A stretch of 63,905 nt of DNA, filler included, from Candidatus Aminicenantales bacterium (GTDB taxonomy: Bacteria; Acidobacteriota; Aminicenantia; Aminicenantales; UBA4085): NCBI GenBank assembly GCA_049515535.1. It is 5 parts of 5 records of this genome, joined end to end, with 100 filler letters (N's around TTAATTAATTAA, not from the genome) between each part and the next. Parts side by side here need not be neighbours in the genome. Positions count along the whole stretch, not along the records: positions 39,874 to 60,530 come from JBEKTZ010000020.1; 4 more parts are not named here. One strand, given 5' to 3'. This document shows positions 50,758 to 60,403 of the stretch, one piece after another. The notes under the pieces were generated by a model. It did not search any database and was not told the DNA's origin. It saw only the letters and a list, made by a program, of their open reading frames with translations. The position numbers and the translations under genes are program-made. Positions within the stretch are counted from its first letter, which is position 1. Each line of letters starts with the position of its first letter.

Positions 50758-51678
50758 ATGACTCGCTATTATGTCGGAACGGCCGGGTGGAGCTACGAAG
50801 ACTGGGAGGGAATCGTTTATCCCGCCGGGCGCGCCGCGAAATTCCATCCCCTCGCCTATTTGGCCGGATACATCAACATCGTCGAGGTCAACAGCACGTT
50901 TTACAGGGCGCCGGCCGCTTATCTATCGCTCTCCTGGGTCAAAAAACTGGACCCCTTCCCTGAATTCCTTCTCTCGGTCAAGCTCCATCAGGTCTTCACC
51001 CATGAACGCCGGGATTTCTCGCAAAAAGAGGTGGACGACTTCAAACGGGGCATCGAGCCGCTCGTCGCGGCCAAAAGGCTGGCCGCCCTCCTCATCCAAT
51101 TTCCCTGGTCTTTTGCCCGGACCGAGGCCCACTTGAGCTATCTCGTCCGGATCTTCGAGCTTTTCGCGGGATATCCGCTCGCCCTGGAAGTCCGGCATTC
51201 CTCCTGGGACGATCCCGGCTTTTACGGGCTGCTCCGCGAGCACAAAGTCGGCTTCTGCAATATCGACCAGCCCGTGATCGGGAAATCCCTGAAGCCGAGC
51301 GCGATCGTCACCACTCCGGAATTCTCTTACGTTCGGCTTCACGGCCGCAATTACAAGGACTGGTTCCGAAAGGACGCGGGCCGCGACGAGCGCTACAATT
51401 ACCTGTACGCCAAAGACGAACTCGCTGACTGGATCCGGAAGATCAAGGATCTCGGAAAGGACAGCGACAGGATTTACGTCATCACGAATAATCATTACCG
51501 GGGACAGGCCCTGGCCAACGCCCTCCAGATCAAGAATATGGTCAGCGGCGAAAAGGTCGAGATTCCCGGCGGACTTCTCAAGCAATATCCCATCCTCGAG
51601 GAGATCGTCAAAAAGATCCGCGAAGGCCAGATGGACCTGTTCGTCAAGGACGGGGACCCGGCCAAGGAAAAAGGCTGA
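50758..51678 (+). CDS. DUF72 (YecE/YunF) family protein
   Basis: GTAGWSY, VEVNSTFY, QFPWSF, EVRHSSW, YVRLHGRN, RYNYLY. Confidence 0.92.
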   Translation: MTRYYVGTAGWSYEDWEGIVYPAGRAAKFHPLAYLAGYINIVEVNSTFYRAPAAYLSLSWVKKLDPFPEFLLSVKLHQVFTHERRDFSQKEVDDFKRGIEPLVAAKRLAALLIQFPWSFARTEAHLSYLVRIFELFAGYPLALEVRHSSWDDPGFYGLLREHKVGFCNIDQPVIGKSLKPSAIVTTPEFSYVRLHGRNYKDWFRKDAGRDERYNYLYAKDELADWIRKIKDLGKDSDRIYVITNNHYRGQALANALQIKNMVSGEKVEIPGGLLKQYPILEEIVKKIREGQMDLFVKDGDPAKEKG

Positions 51679-51683
51679 AGATC

Positions 51684-52928
51684 ATGCCCTGGTGGGAAAA
51701 TTCATTTCTGAAGGTCAAAGAGGGAAAACTCCATCTCGGCCGAACATCCGTCGCCGCGCTCGCGAAAAAATATGGAACGCCGCTCTATGTCTATGGTCGG
51801 GACAGGATCCTGGCCAATTATCGCGGACTCGCGGCGGCCTTCGCCGGGCGGGCGGACGCCGCAGTGCGCATCTGCTACGCGATGAAGGCCAATCCCCACC
51901 GCGGAATCCTCGACGCCCTCAAAACCGAAGGCGCCTGGATCGACGCGGTCTCGCCGGGCGAAGTCCGGGAGGCTCTCGCGGCCGGTTTCCCGCCGGAGAG
52001 GATCCTCTTCACCGGTACAAGCCTCGGAGCGGACGATTTTCGCGAGGCCTTCGCCGTGGACGGCCTGGTGGTCAATGTCGACGCCATCGAGCAGCTCGAG
52101 ATCATGAAGCGGATCCGCGATCGGTGGTTCCGGGCCAGGGACATCCGCGTCTCCTTGCGCTGGAATCCGGGGATCGGCCGCGGCTTTAGCCCGAAGGTCA
52201 TCACCGCCGGAAAAAAATCCAGCGACGGGACCCCCATCAAGTTCGGGATCGAAAAATCCAAACTGCTCGGCGCCTTTGAGAAAGCCGCGCATTACGGGTT
52301 CGCCCCGATCGGCTTGCACCAGCATCTGGGCTCGGGTTGGGTCAAAAAGGATTTTCCGTCGGTCGCGATCGCCGTGGACAATATGATCCAGCAGGCCGCC
52401 GAGCTCGAAAGCCGCGGATTCGCCTTGGAATTCCTGGATTTCGGCGGCGGGTTCGGGCCGCGCTACGCGAAAGAGCAGGGGACTTTTCCTCTCGACCTTT
52501 ACGCGAGGCACATCGGCCGGAAGATGAGACGGGCGAACCTGAAAGTCCAAGCCCTCGCCCTCGAGCCGGGAAAATATCTGGTCGCGGACGCGGGGGTTCT
52601 TTTGCTCCAGGTCGAATATATCAAAGAAAGCTACGGCAACCTGTTCGCCTGCGTCAACGGCGGGACGTACAACACTCTGCCGAGGTCCGCGATCTACGCC
52701 CAGGCCTACCATGAGATTGTCAACGCCTCGCGGGTCGGAGGGGGCAGGACCGTTCCGATCACCATCGCCGGAAACCTGTGCGAAACGGGCGATGTCTTCG
52801 GCAAGGAAATTCCCATGGCCCCGCCCAAGCCGGGCGATATCCTGGCCGTGCTCTGCGCCGGGGCCTATGGCCGGAGCATGGCTTCGCATTTCAATTCGCG
52901 GCCGATTCCAAGGGAAATTCTCATTTAA
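51684..52928 (+). CDS. lysA: Diaminopimelate decarboxylase
   Basis: YAMKAN, DAVSPGE, KFG, HQHLGSG, EPGKY, GNLCETGD, GAYG..MAS.FNSRP. Confidence 0.9.
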   Translation: MPWWENSFLKVKEGKLHLGRTSVAALAKKYGTPLYVYGRDRILANYRGLAAAFAGRADAAVRICYAMKANPHRGILDALKTEGAWIDAVSPGEVREALAAGFPPERILFTGTSLGADDFREAFAVDGLVVNVDAIEQLEIMKRIRDRWFRARDIRVSLRWNPGIGRGFSPKVITAGKKSSDGTPIKFGIEKSKLLGAFEKAAHYGFAPIGLHQHLGSGWVKKDFPSVAIAVDNMIQQAAELESRGFALEFLDFGGGFGPRYAKEQGTFPLDLYARHIGRKMRRANLKVQALALEPGKYLVADAGVLLLQVEYIKESYGNLFACVNGGTYNTLPRSAIYAQAYHEIVNASRVGGGRTVPITIAGNLCETGDVFGKEIPMAPPKPGDILAVLCAGAYGRSMASHFNSRPIPREILI

Positions 52929-52931
52929 AAG

Positions 52932-53275
52932 ATGCCGCTCAAGGTGCCGCTCGCCCATCCGGAACCCGACGCGAAGCGATTCATCCGCATTCTGTCGGGG
53001 AGCGAAAGCGGCGGGCGGGTCCCGCTCGTCGAATATCTCGTCGACGACGCGATCATGAAACCGGTCGTCACCGAGATTTTGGGCCGCCCGTGGGCGGAAT
53101 ACGGCGCGTCGCGTCAAACCCAAAAAGCCCATCTCGACAATTTCATCGCTTTTTGGCTCCGGATGGGCTATGACACCGTCCGTTTCGAACAGGGACTCCC
53201 TTTCACGGAGAGACGGATCTTCGCCTCCGATCCGACCTCGGCCGCGGAAGGAAAGCGGGCCTGGGCCGACCCTGT
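52932..53275 (+). pseudogene. N-terminal fragment of a probable uroporphyrinogen-decarboxylase-like protein
   Basis: Coding-like up to ...FWLRMGYDTVR...RAWAD; the ORF then runs antisense into the convergent gene. The family call is from pattern recall. Confidence 0.45.
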
Positions 53276-53292
53276 CATCCTCATGTCTGTCC

Positions 53293-53823
53293 TCAAAGAA
53301 CGAACGGAAGGAACATTTTCGTCCCGGTCCGATAGGCGGCATATTCGTTTCCGAACTTCGCCAGCATCTCCCGTTCCTCGATCTTGGCGGTCAGATAAAC
53401 CGAAACGAGGACGACGCCGGCGAGGACCGACGTCAGGACCGTGACACGCTTGAGGAAAATCCCGAGGCCCAAAAAAGCGATGGACGCGTAAAGAGGATGC
53501 CGGATGAATTTATAGGCGCCCCGGACGACGAGGCGGGTCGTGTTTTCCAGCTGACCGTCGGGCCGGCCGAGCTTTATCAAGAGATATACGCCGTGGACCG
53601 CCAGGAAGAGCGATAAAATGAGGCAGAGCCAGGCCAGGATGTGAACGACAGAAAACGGTTCGTGAAACCAAAATCGGACGTTCAGCAGAAAAAGCAACAG
53701 GATGCTTTCGAACGCGAAAAACCTGGCGATCCCGTGATAGCGGCGCGCCCGGAGCGAAACCGTCCAGGAGAACCAGAGTAAGAGCACCGACCCGATCGCG
53801 AAAATTACCCAGAAATATTTCAT
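53293..53823 (-). CDS. Isoprenylcysteine carboxyl methyltransferase / PEMT family membrane protein
   Basis: LVVRGAYKFIRHPLY, EEREMLAKFGNEY. Confidence 0.88.
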   Translation of the reverse strand: MKYFWVIFAIGSVLLLWFSWTVSLRARRYHGIARFFAFESILLLFLLNVRFWFHEPFSVVHILAWLCLILSLFLAVHGVYLLIKLGRPDGQLENTTRLVVRGAYKFIRHPLYASIAFLGLGIFLKRVTVLTSVLAGVVLVSVYLTAKIEEREMLAKFGNEYAAYRTGTKMFLPFVL

Positions 53824-54389
53824 AACGGCTGAATCGACCGATAGTGATTGAGAAAAACGAAATCGTCCAAAGCCTGCCGCTCGGGCCGGGTTTTCTCCTG
53901 TTCGATCTGTTTGGGAGTGAGGATCGGATTGAGCGTGGCGGCTTTCTTCCCGATGTTGATCAGCGTAATGACATGATATTCTTCCGGGATGCCGAGAATT
54001 TCTTTCGTTTTTTTTGGGCTGAATCCCGCGATCGGATGGGCGACCAGGCCGAGCTCGGTCGCGCGCAGGATGAGAAAAGCCGAAGCGAGTCCGCAGTCGA
54101 ACTGGTCGTATTCCCGGTCCTTGATGACACAGTCGTCCTCTTTCTTGCTGAAAACCGCGACGATCATCGAGGCGGCATGAATCCAATCGTTGCTGGCCGA
54201 TAGAGCCGCGCGCATTTCGAAAAGCGTTCCCGGATCATGGACGAACACGAAACGCCACGGCTGATTGTTGTTGCAGGACGGCGCGAGCCGGGCATGGCCG
54301 GCGAGATCTTCGATCAATTCTTTCGTGATCTCGACCGGTTCGAGCGAGCGATAGGCCCGCCGGTTCTCGATGGCTTGAGTCACGTCCAT
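53820..54389 (-). CDS. Nitroreductase family protein
   Basis: RRAYR, APSCNNNQPWRF, LRATELGL; GGAGG RBS. Confidence 0.92.
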   Translation of the reverse strand: MDVTQAIENRRAYRSLEPVEITKELIEDLAGHARLAPSCNNNQPWRFVFVHDPGTLFEMRAALSASNDWIHAASMIVAVFSKKEDDCVIKDREYDQFDCGLASAFLILRATELGLVAHPIAGFSPKKTKEILGIPEEYHVITLINIGKKAATLNPILTPKQIEQEKTRPERQALDDFVFLNHYRSIQPL

Positions 54390-54491
54390 GGGGGACCTCC
54401 TCAAAAGGAATCGAATATTCATTATCGTCCATTATCGACCAAGGATCAAACAGGGGTCAAACAAGGGCGCGGGACACCTGACACCCGAATT

Positions 54492-57317
54492 TCAAAACGA
54501 CCGCTGGAAGGAACAGTCGAAGATTTTGGCGAGGCCGGTCCCGTCCATCCGGGCCTCGCCGCGCAGGCAGCAGACGGGCGGCTCGCCGCTGGTGAGGCAT
54601 GGACCGTTCCCCACGCCTTCGAGGATCCCCGTCTCGTCCTCGAAGAGATAAAAATATTTCCGTCCGCCGTTCGTCTCCTTGCCGCGGGCGTCCACGACCC
54701 GGACCACGAGCTCGACCCGGCGGCCGGCGTGCTTCCGCAAATCCTTAATGCGCAAATCGGGCCGCTTCCCCTCATAGAGCGCCAGCGGGTCGCCGTCCGG
54801 ACTGAAGCCGAGCGCGTCGAGCAGCATCTTCGCCTTCTCGCGCGGCTCCAGGTCGGAGGCGATCTCCATGCCTTCGATCCCCTGGAAATAGCGGAGGATC
54901 TGCCGCGTCCGCCGCGCTTCCAGCGAATCGAGGACGCCGGCTTTGATCAGCATGAACAGCTCCGATTTCGAGACGCGCACGCGGGCGAGAAAATCCTCGA
55001 TCGAAGGATACTCCCCGGAGGCCGTCCGCTCCTCGATGATCTTTTCGGCCGTCCGCAGCGGCAGGCCTTTGATCGAGGTGAATCCGACGCGGATGGCTTT
55101 CCCCTCGACCTCGAACTCGCGGCCGCTGCGGTTCACGTCCGGCCCCAGGATGCGGACCCCGAGCCGCTTCGCCTCCTCGACATACTCCGCCAGCATATAA
55201 TAGCCTCCGCCGGCATTGAGGACAGCCGTGAGATACGGCAGGGTGTGATGGGCCTTCAGATAAACGGCCTGGTAGGCCATGGCCGCGTACGAGGCGCTGT
55301 GCGCCTTATTGAAGGAATAGGACGAGAACTTCTCCATCGTCCGCCATAGCTTTTCGACCTCGGCCGCCGTGTAGCCGCGCTCCCCGGCCTCCTTGAAGAA
55401 CCGGCTCCGCAAAATCGGAAGCGGCGATTCTCCCTTGGCTTTGAGGCTGCGACGCAACAGGTCGCCCTCCTCGGGCTGCATGCCCGCCACCCGTTCCGCG
55501 ATCTGCATGACCTGCTCTTCGTAAAGCAGAAGCCCATCCGTCTCGGGCAGGATCTTTTCGAGAAACGGGTCACAGAACGTTCCTCTCCCCTCGCGGCTCC
55601 GGAGCAACTCCTCCTTCATCCCGCTTTCAGTTGGGCCGGGCCGAATGAGGGCCAGGGCCTGGGTCAGCTCGAAAATATTCTCCGGCTTCATCCGGCGCAA
55701 TAAATTCATCATGGCCGGGCTCTCGACCTGGAAGCAGCCGATGGTCTTGGCGTTCTTGAGCAGGCCGAATGTCTTCGCGTCGCCCGCCGGGAGGCCGTTC
55801 AGCCCGAGGCCCGCCTTCGTCGCCGAGACCGCCGCGAGCCCGCGCACCGAAAGCAGGTCGAGCTTGATGAGCTTCAGATCCTCGACCGCGTCCCGGTCGA
55901 AGTGGGACATGACGAAGCCCTTGGCCGATGTCTCGAGGGGCAAGTAACGGCCGGCGGGCGCGGGCGTGAGGATGACGCCTCCGACGTGGAGCGAGATCTC
56001 TCGGTAAACCGAGCTGAGCTCGGAGGCCAGCTTCCAGATCTCGAGGTAGCCGGAAACGGGGGTCGCCTGCTTCATCCAGCTCGGCTCGGCGAAATACGGC
56101 GCTCGCTTGCTCAGCGACCGCGCTTCTCCGGGGGGAAGGCCGAAGGCCCGCGCCGTCTCGTAGAGCGCGGACCGCGCCCCAAAATTCTTCAGGCTGCAGA
56201 CGAAAGCCGCGCCCGTCCGGCCCTGTCCGTATTTTTCAAGGACGTAGGCCAGAATTTTGTCGCGGAAGCGCGAGTCGAAGTCGAGGTCGATGTCCGGCGG
56301 GTCGTCGCGGCCGCCGTTCAGGAACCGCTCGAAATAGAGGTCGAACGCGACGGGATTGACGTGGGAGATGCCGAGCAGGTAGGCGAGAAAAGACGACGCG
56401 CCCGAGCCCTTGAGGTTGTGGAGGATGCCGTTGCGGCGGGCGAAGGCGACGACGTCGCTGACGATGAGAAAGTACGGCGCGAATCCCGAGCGCTCGATGA
56501 CGGCCAGCTCGCGCTGGGCCCGCTGCCGCTCGTCCCAACCGAGGTCTTCGCGCGCGCGGAGCCGGGCGGCGACCTCGTCGCGGAGCGCCACGGGGAAGAG
56601 GTCGGCCGGCAGCGGCGGCACGACGCCGGCGAAGACAAAATCGCATTTCTCAGCGATCTCGAACGTCCAGCGGAAGGCGTCGACCGCGGCCGCGCCGAAT
56701 CTCTTGAGCGCGGAGACTTCCTGGTCCGGGCCGAAAATCTTCATCCGGCGCCGGAGCTTTTCCCATTCGGGCGGGTAGGGGATTTTCTTTTCAATGGCAT
56801 GGATAAGGACCAGCCGCTCGGGACAGGTGACGAACTTGATGGGATTGGCCCAGACGAGCGGGAGGCCGAGGGACCGGGCCAGCGTCCCCGCCCGTTGGAA
56901 GTTGAAAAAATCTGCCCCGACATAAAGATCGCCGGCGGCGCGAAGCCGGTCGAAGACGGCCGTTTCCACAGCCGTCTCTCTCTTCGGCGGCGGCACATAT
57001 ACCGTCACGAGCCCCGCTGCGTCCCCGATCGCCTTTCGGTTGAGGATCTCCATCAAATTTCCGTAGCCCTCGCCCGTCTTGACCAGAAACAGGAACCGCT
57101 CGTCCCCGATCTCGATCTCGCAGCCGTACAGTGCCCGGAATCCTCCGGCCTTCGCCGCGCGCTTCCATTTCGCCCAGCCGTAGAGGTTGCCGGCGTCCGA
57201 AAGCGCCAGAGCGGGAATCTTTTTCCGCGCCGCCCAGGAGGCCAGATCTTCGAGCGTGGCCCCGCCCTTCCCCCGGCTGTAAACGGAATGGACGCGGAGC
57301 GGAACGTGCATGGTCAC
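54492..57317 (-). CDS. dnaE2: DNA polymerase III alpha subunit, compact secondary (DnaE2-like) copy
   Basis: PHP-like N-terminus, KGSGASS, FERFLN..R..PPDIDLDF, KLDLL, FQVESP, YSFNKAHS; only 941 aa; in an operon with lexA and dinB. Confidence 0.85.
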   Translation of the reverse strand: MTMHVPLRVHSVYSRGKGGATLEDLASWAARKKIPALALSDAGNLYGWAKWKRAAKAGGFRALYGCEIEIGDERFLFLVKTGEGYGNLMEILNRKAIGDAAGLVTVYVPPPKRETAVETAVFDRLRAAGDLYVGADFFNFQRAGTLARSLGLPLVWANPIKFVTCPERLVLIHAIEKKIPYPPEWEKLRRRMKIFGPDQEVSALKRFGAAAVDAFRWTFEIAEKCDFVFAGVVPPLPADLFPVALRDEVAARLRAREDLGWDERQRAQRELAVIERSGFAPYFLIVSDVVAFARRNGILHNLKGSGASSFLAYLLGISHVNPVAFDLYFERFLNGGRDDPPDIDLDFDSRFRDKILAYVLEKYGQGRTGAAFVCSLKNFGARSALYETARAFGLPPGEARSLSKRAPYFAEPSWMKQATPVSGYLEIWKLASELSSVYREISLHVGGVILTPAPAGRYLPLETSAKGFVMSHFDRDAVEDLKLIKLDLLSVRGLAAVSATKAGLGLNGLPAGDAKTFGLLKNAKTIGCFQVESPAMMNLLRRMKPENIFELTQALALIRPGPTESGMKEELLRSREGRGTFCDPFLEKILPETDGLLLYEEQVMQIAERVAGMQPEEGDLLRRSLKAKGESPLPILRSRFFKEAGERGYTAAEVEKLWRTMEKFSSYSFNKAHSASYAAMAYQAVYLKAHHTLPYLTAVLNAGGGYYMLAEYVEEAKRLGVRILGPDVNRSGREFEVEGKAIRVGFTSIKGLPLRTAEKIIEERTASGEYPSIEDFLARVRVSKSELFMLIKAGVLDSLEARRTRQILRYFQGIEGMEIASDLEPREKAKMLLDALGFSPDGDPLALYEGKRPDLRIKDLRKHAGRRVELVVRVVDARGKETNGGRKYFYLFEDETGILEGVGNGPCLTSGEPPVCCLRGEARMDGTGLAKIFDCSFQRSF

Positions 57318-57320
57318 GCC

Positions 57321-58553
57321 TTATTTCGTGAGCGAGGCGGTTTTCAGGACGAAGCCGCGGTTCCGGTCGAACGGATAGACCGCGTCGAGCATCTTTTCGC
57401 GGACCGTGAGCACCGAGCCGAATCCGTACTTCTCCCTGACCTGGTCCATGGCCGCGCCCAACCGCTCCTGCTTTTCCGAATACGGCTCGAAAAGCGACAA
57501 CGGCCGGACCCGCGTCAGATCGGAGGCCTTGACCCCGACGAGGCGCAGGGCGAGGCGCGATCCCGCGAACAGCGGCAAGAACATTTCCTCGGCGATCTTG
57601 TAAACGTCGGTCATTTCCTGGCGGGGCGTGAGCATGAGGCGGCGTCGCACCTCGGTCTTGAAATCGGAATAGCGCGCCTTGACCTCGATGACGTGGGCGT
57701 AATAACGGCCCTGCCGCAGGGCGAGCGTCAGCCGGTCGCAGAGATAGGCGAGATGGGCGAGAAGCAGGCGTCGGTCCCACAGGTCCTCGAGGAAGGTCGT
57801 CTCGCGCGAGACGGATTTGGGGACGCCCGCGCTGACGATGGGCCGGCTGTCGATCCCGCGCGACTGGAGATAGATGTCCTCGCCGCCCAGGCCGAAGATC
57901 GAATGGAGCGTCTGGCGCGGCATGCCCCACAGGTCACCGATCTTCTGGATGTTGAGCAGGCGGAGGATGACCTGGGATTTCGGGCCGATGCCGGGGAGGG
58001 CGTCGATCGGAAGACTCCGCAGGAATTCCTCCTCCCGGCCCGGCTCGAGCTCGACATAACCGGCCGGCTTGGCCCGCTTCGCGGCGAGCTTGGCCAGGAT
58101 CTTGTTCGGCGCGGCGCCGACGGAAACGGTGAGCCCGGTTTGGCGCTCGACGCGCGCCTTGATCTCGCGGGCCGTCCGCGAAAACGAAGGGTAGAGCGGA
58201 CGGCAGCGGGTCAGGTCGAGATAGGCTTCGTCGATGGACGCCTCTTCGACATCGGGCGTGTATTCGCGGAGGATGGCGAAGACCTTGTCGGAGAAGGACT
58301 GGTAGACCCGGTAGTTGCCGCGGATGAAGACGCCGTGGGGGCAGAGCTTGTAGGCGTTGCGGAGGGGCATGCCCGAGTGGACGCCGAACTTGCGCGCCTC
58401 GTAGGAGCAGGTCGAAGCCACGCCACGCTCGTGGGGCAGGCCGCCGACGATGACCGGCTTGCCCTTGAGAGAGGGGTTGAGAAGGACCTCGACGGACGCG
58501 AAAAAGGCGTCGATGTCGATATGGACGATGAAGCGGCGCGATGGATTCAACAT
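57321..58553 (-). CDS. dinB: DNA polymerase IV (Y family)
   Basis: HIDIDAFFASVE, CSYEARKFGV, SIDEAYLD, KPAG, RLVGV; clamp-binding-like PLSLF. Confidence 0.93.
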   Translation of the reverse strand: MLNPSRRFIVHIDIDAFFASVEVLLNPSLKGKPVIVGGLPHERGVASTCSYEARKFGVHSGMPLRNAYKLCPHGVFIRGNYRVYQSFSDKVFAILREYTPDVEEASIDEAYLDLTRCRPLYPSFSRTAREIKARVERQTGLTVSVGAAPNKILAKLAAKRAKPAGYVELEPGREEEFLRSLPIDALPGIGPKSQVILRLLNIQKIGDLWGMPRQTLHSIFGLGGEDIYLQSRGIDSRPIVSAGVPKSVSRETTFLEDLWDRRLLLAHLAYLCDRLTLALRQGRYYAHVIEVKARYSDFKTEVRRRLMLTPRQEMTDVYKIAEEMFLPLFAGSRLALRLVGVKASDLTRVRPLSLFEPYSEKQERLGAAMDQVREKYGFGSVLTVREKMLDAVYPFDRNRGFVLKTASLTK

Positions 58554-58616
58554 GGACGTGTTACGTGTCTCCGTTTTTCTCCGAGGAGCGAAGCCATGCG
58601 GCGATCCCCCCCATTT

Positions 58617-59249
58617 TCAATACTTCCTCAGCACTCCGATCACCCGCCCTAAGACCCGGATGTCGCCCGCGACCTCGATCGGCCCGTAGGCGGGGTTCTC
58701 GGGCATGAGAAACGTCCGCCCGTCCTCGCGCCGGAGCCGCTTCAACGTCACCGAACCGTCCTCGAGCATGGCCACGACCATCTCGCCCGGCGCGGCCGTG
58801 TTCGTCCGCTCGAGAAGGACGTTGTCGCCGTCGTCGATGTAGGCATCGATCATGCTCTTGCCCTCGACGCGGATGCAGAAGATGTTGCCGCGGCGACGGC
58901 CGAGCATCCAGTCGGGGATGTCCATCGCCTCGCCCGACGTCTCGAACGCCTCTTTGGCCGGACCGGCGGGGACGAGGCCGGCCAAGGGCACCCGGACCCG
59001 GCCTTCCAGGGCGGCGGGAAAGCCCGCGATCTGCAGGTCTCCCCTGTCGCGCCTCAGGTAGCCTTTTTTCTCAAGGCTCGCGAGGTGCTTGAAGACGGCC
59101 GATGGACTGGCGATGCGGAGAAGGCGTCCGAGCTGGCGGACGGTCGGCGGATAGCCGCGCTCGAGGATGAAGGCCTCGACGGCCTTCAGGATCTTCTCCT
59201 GCCTGGGGGTCAGTTCTTTCCTTATTTTGTTCACCATTTTGTTCACCAT
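58617..59249 (-). CDS. lexA: LexA repressor
   Basis: LTPRQ, GYPPTVRQL, cleavage site VPAG, catalytic GKSM and TLKR, PENP. Start is 59249 or 59237. Confidence 0.93.
   Translation of the reverse strand: MVNKMVNKIRKELTPRQEKILKAVEAFILERGYPPTVRQLGRLLRIASPSAVFKHLASLEKKGYLRRDRGDLQIAGFPAALEGRVRVPLAGLVPAGPAKEAFETSGEAMDIPDWMLGRRRGNIFCIRVEGKSMIDAYIDDGDNVLLERTNTAAPGEMVVAMLEDGSVTLKRLRREDGRTFLMPENPAYGPIEVAGDIRVLGRVIGVLRKY
59224..59249. promoter_or_regulatory. Candidate LexA operator: 12-bp tandem repeat (GTTC-N8-GTTC)
   Basis: ATTTTGTTCACC twice, overlapping the lexA start codon(s). Confidence 0.6.
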
Positions 59250-59253
59250 ACAT

Positions 59254-59282
59254 AAAATAATGCGGCGGGCAGCGTTTGTCAA
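59254..59282 (-). promoter_or_regulatory. Sigma70 promoter of lexA-dinB-dnaE
   Basis: TTGACA-N17-TATTTT ending 4 nt before ATG 59249. Confidence 0.7.
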
Positions 59283-59559
59283 GAGGGAAAACGTCAAAAG
59301 ATTGGAACCTGCTCTACGGTCAGGGAAAACGAGATTTACTTAATGCAAATACTATTTCATGTGGTCATGCCAAACGCAATATTAAATGCGATTAGTCACA
59401 GGAGGCAATCTCTCGAGGAAAAAGCGCCTCGACCCGAGGCGGGCTTTGCACTGCCAGCCGATGGCCACGGTTCAAGGACGGACGCGCCGTTCGGTGATAA
59501 TGTAATACACGGCTTCCCTTCCATGTCGCCGCTTCGGCGCCATCGGTCCGCGTCAAGAC

Positions 59560-59612
59560 ATTTTTGCCTATAGGAAAATAAAAAGGCATATATTTTTGCC
59601 TAGAGGAAAATA
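59560..59612. repeat. Pair of 21-bp quasi-palindromic direct repeats
   Basis: ATTTTTGCCTA(T/G)AGGAAAATA at 59560-59580 and 59592-59612. Confidence 0.75.
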
Positions 59613-59689
59613 CGTGGGGACAACTCCCGAAACTTATTTATCCGCTTGGGCCATATTGCCAATTGAAACTATCACTTGCAATCCGCATG

Positions 59690-59850
59690 AGCTGTGCCGA
59701 TAGACTCCTGGCCGTCGAAGTGAAGAGCGACCAAACCGTGATCGGCGATTTCTTTAAGGGCTTCATCCCCTTCGAGAACGCACTCAAGTGGCGCACTCTC
59801 GGAAAAGCCCTTATCTACGGCGGAGAGAGACGCGAATTTTTCTTCCTTGG
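59690..59850 (+). pseudogene. C-terminal remnant of an AAA ATPase-DUF4143 protein
   Basis: LLAVEVKSDQTVIGDFFKG...LIYGG resembles the family C-terminus; no upstream body. Confidence 0.5.
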
Positions 59851-59858
59851 CTATAGGT

Positions 59859-60403
59859 CTATTTTGTGCTCTTTAACTGTCTTCCTGATTTCCAAGCTGC
59901 AATATCAAGAATCCCAGGATATTTCGGATAAATTTCCCTAGCAAGGTAAATCAATTCTTCATTACTCGCTTCTCTTCTTAATAATCCATTTTCTATGAAA
60001 AACTTTTTTACCTGAACGTCAGGAGCAAGATCAATAGATGCATAATCTTCCATTGGCACTTTAAAATCGCGTATAAGGATATTTGTTGCCACATTAGCAA
60101 TTTTTATTCCTACACCCTTAAATTCAAGAAACCGTCTAATTACTAAAGCGCTCCTTGGCTTATCCCCCCATATATTCGCAGCATTATTTTGATATTTAGA
60201 ATGGATATCTTGGATCGCCAAGTAAAAATTCGTAGCCATCACATTGTTAAATCGGTGTAGGGCATTTTTTGCAAATATTTCCTTAAGATCACCAGAGTTG
60301 ACCCTAAGGAAATGTTTAAATTCAAAAGCACCGATTTCTTTCCCAACTTTGTAGGGAATCACCCAAGCCCTTCCTGCTGTTATCTGTCGATCCATCACAC
60401 AAG
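59859..60403 (-). pseudogene. HhH-GPD / endonuclease III-like protein, 3' part, interrupted by IS630
   Basis: HhH FKGVGIKIANVA and DLAPDVQV; AT-rich; 5' part replaced by an IS end at CTAG 60404-60407. Confidence 0.75.

Noticed and set aside
55902..58652. 916-aa plus-strand ORF, and similar long ORFs at 28121-30154, 14761-16485, 5438-7108, 37547-39064 and 51702-53342
   Set aside because: Antisense shadows of well-supported genes in GC-rich DNA, with no protein motifs.
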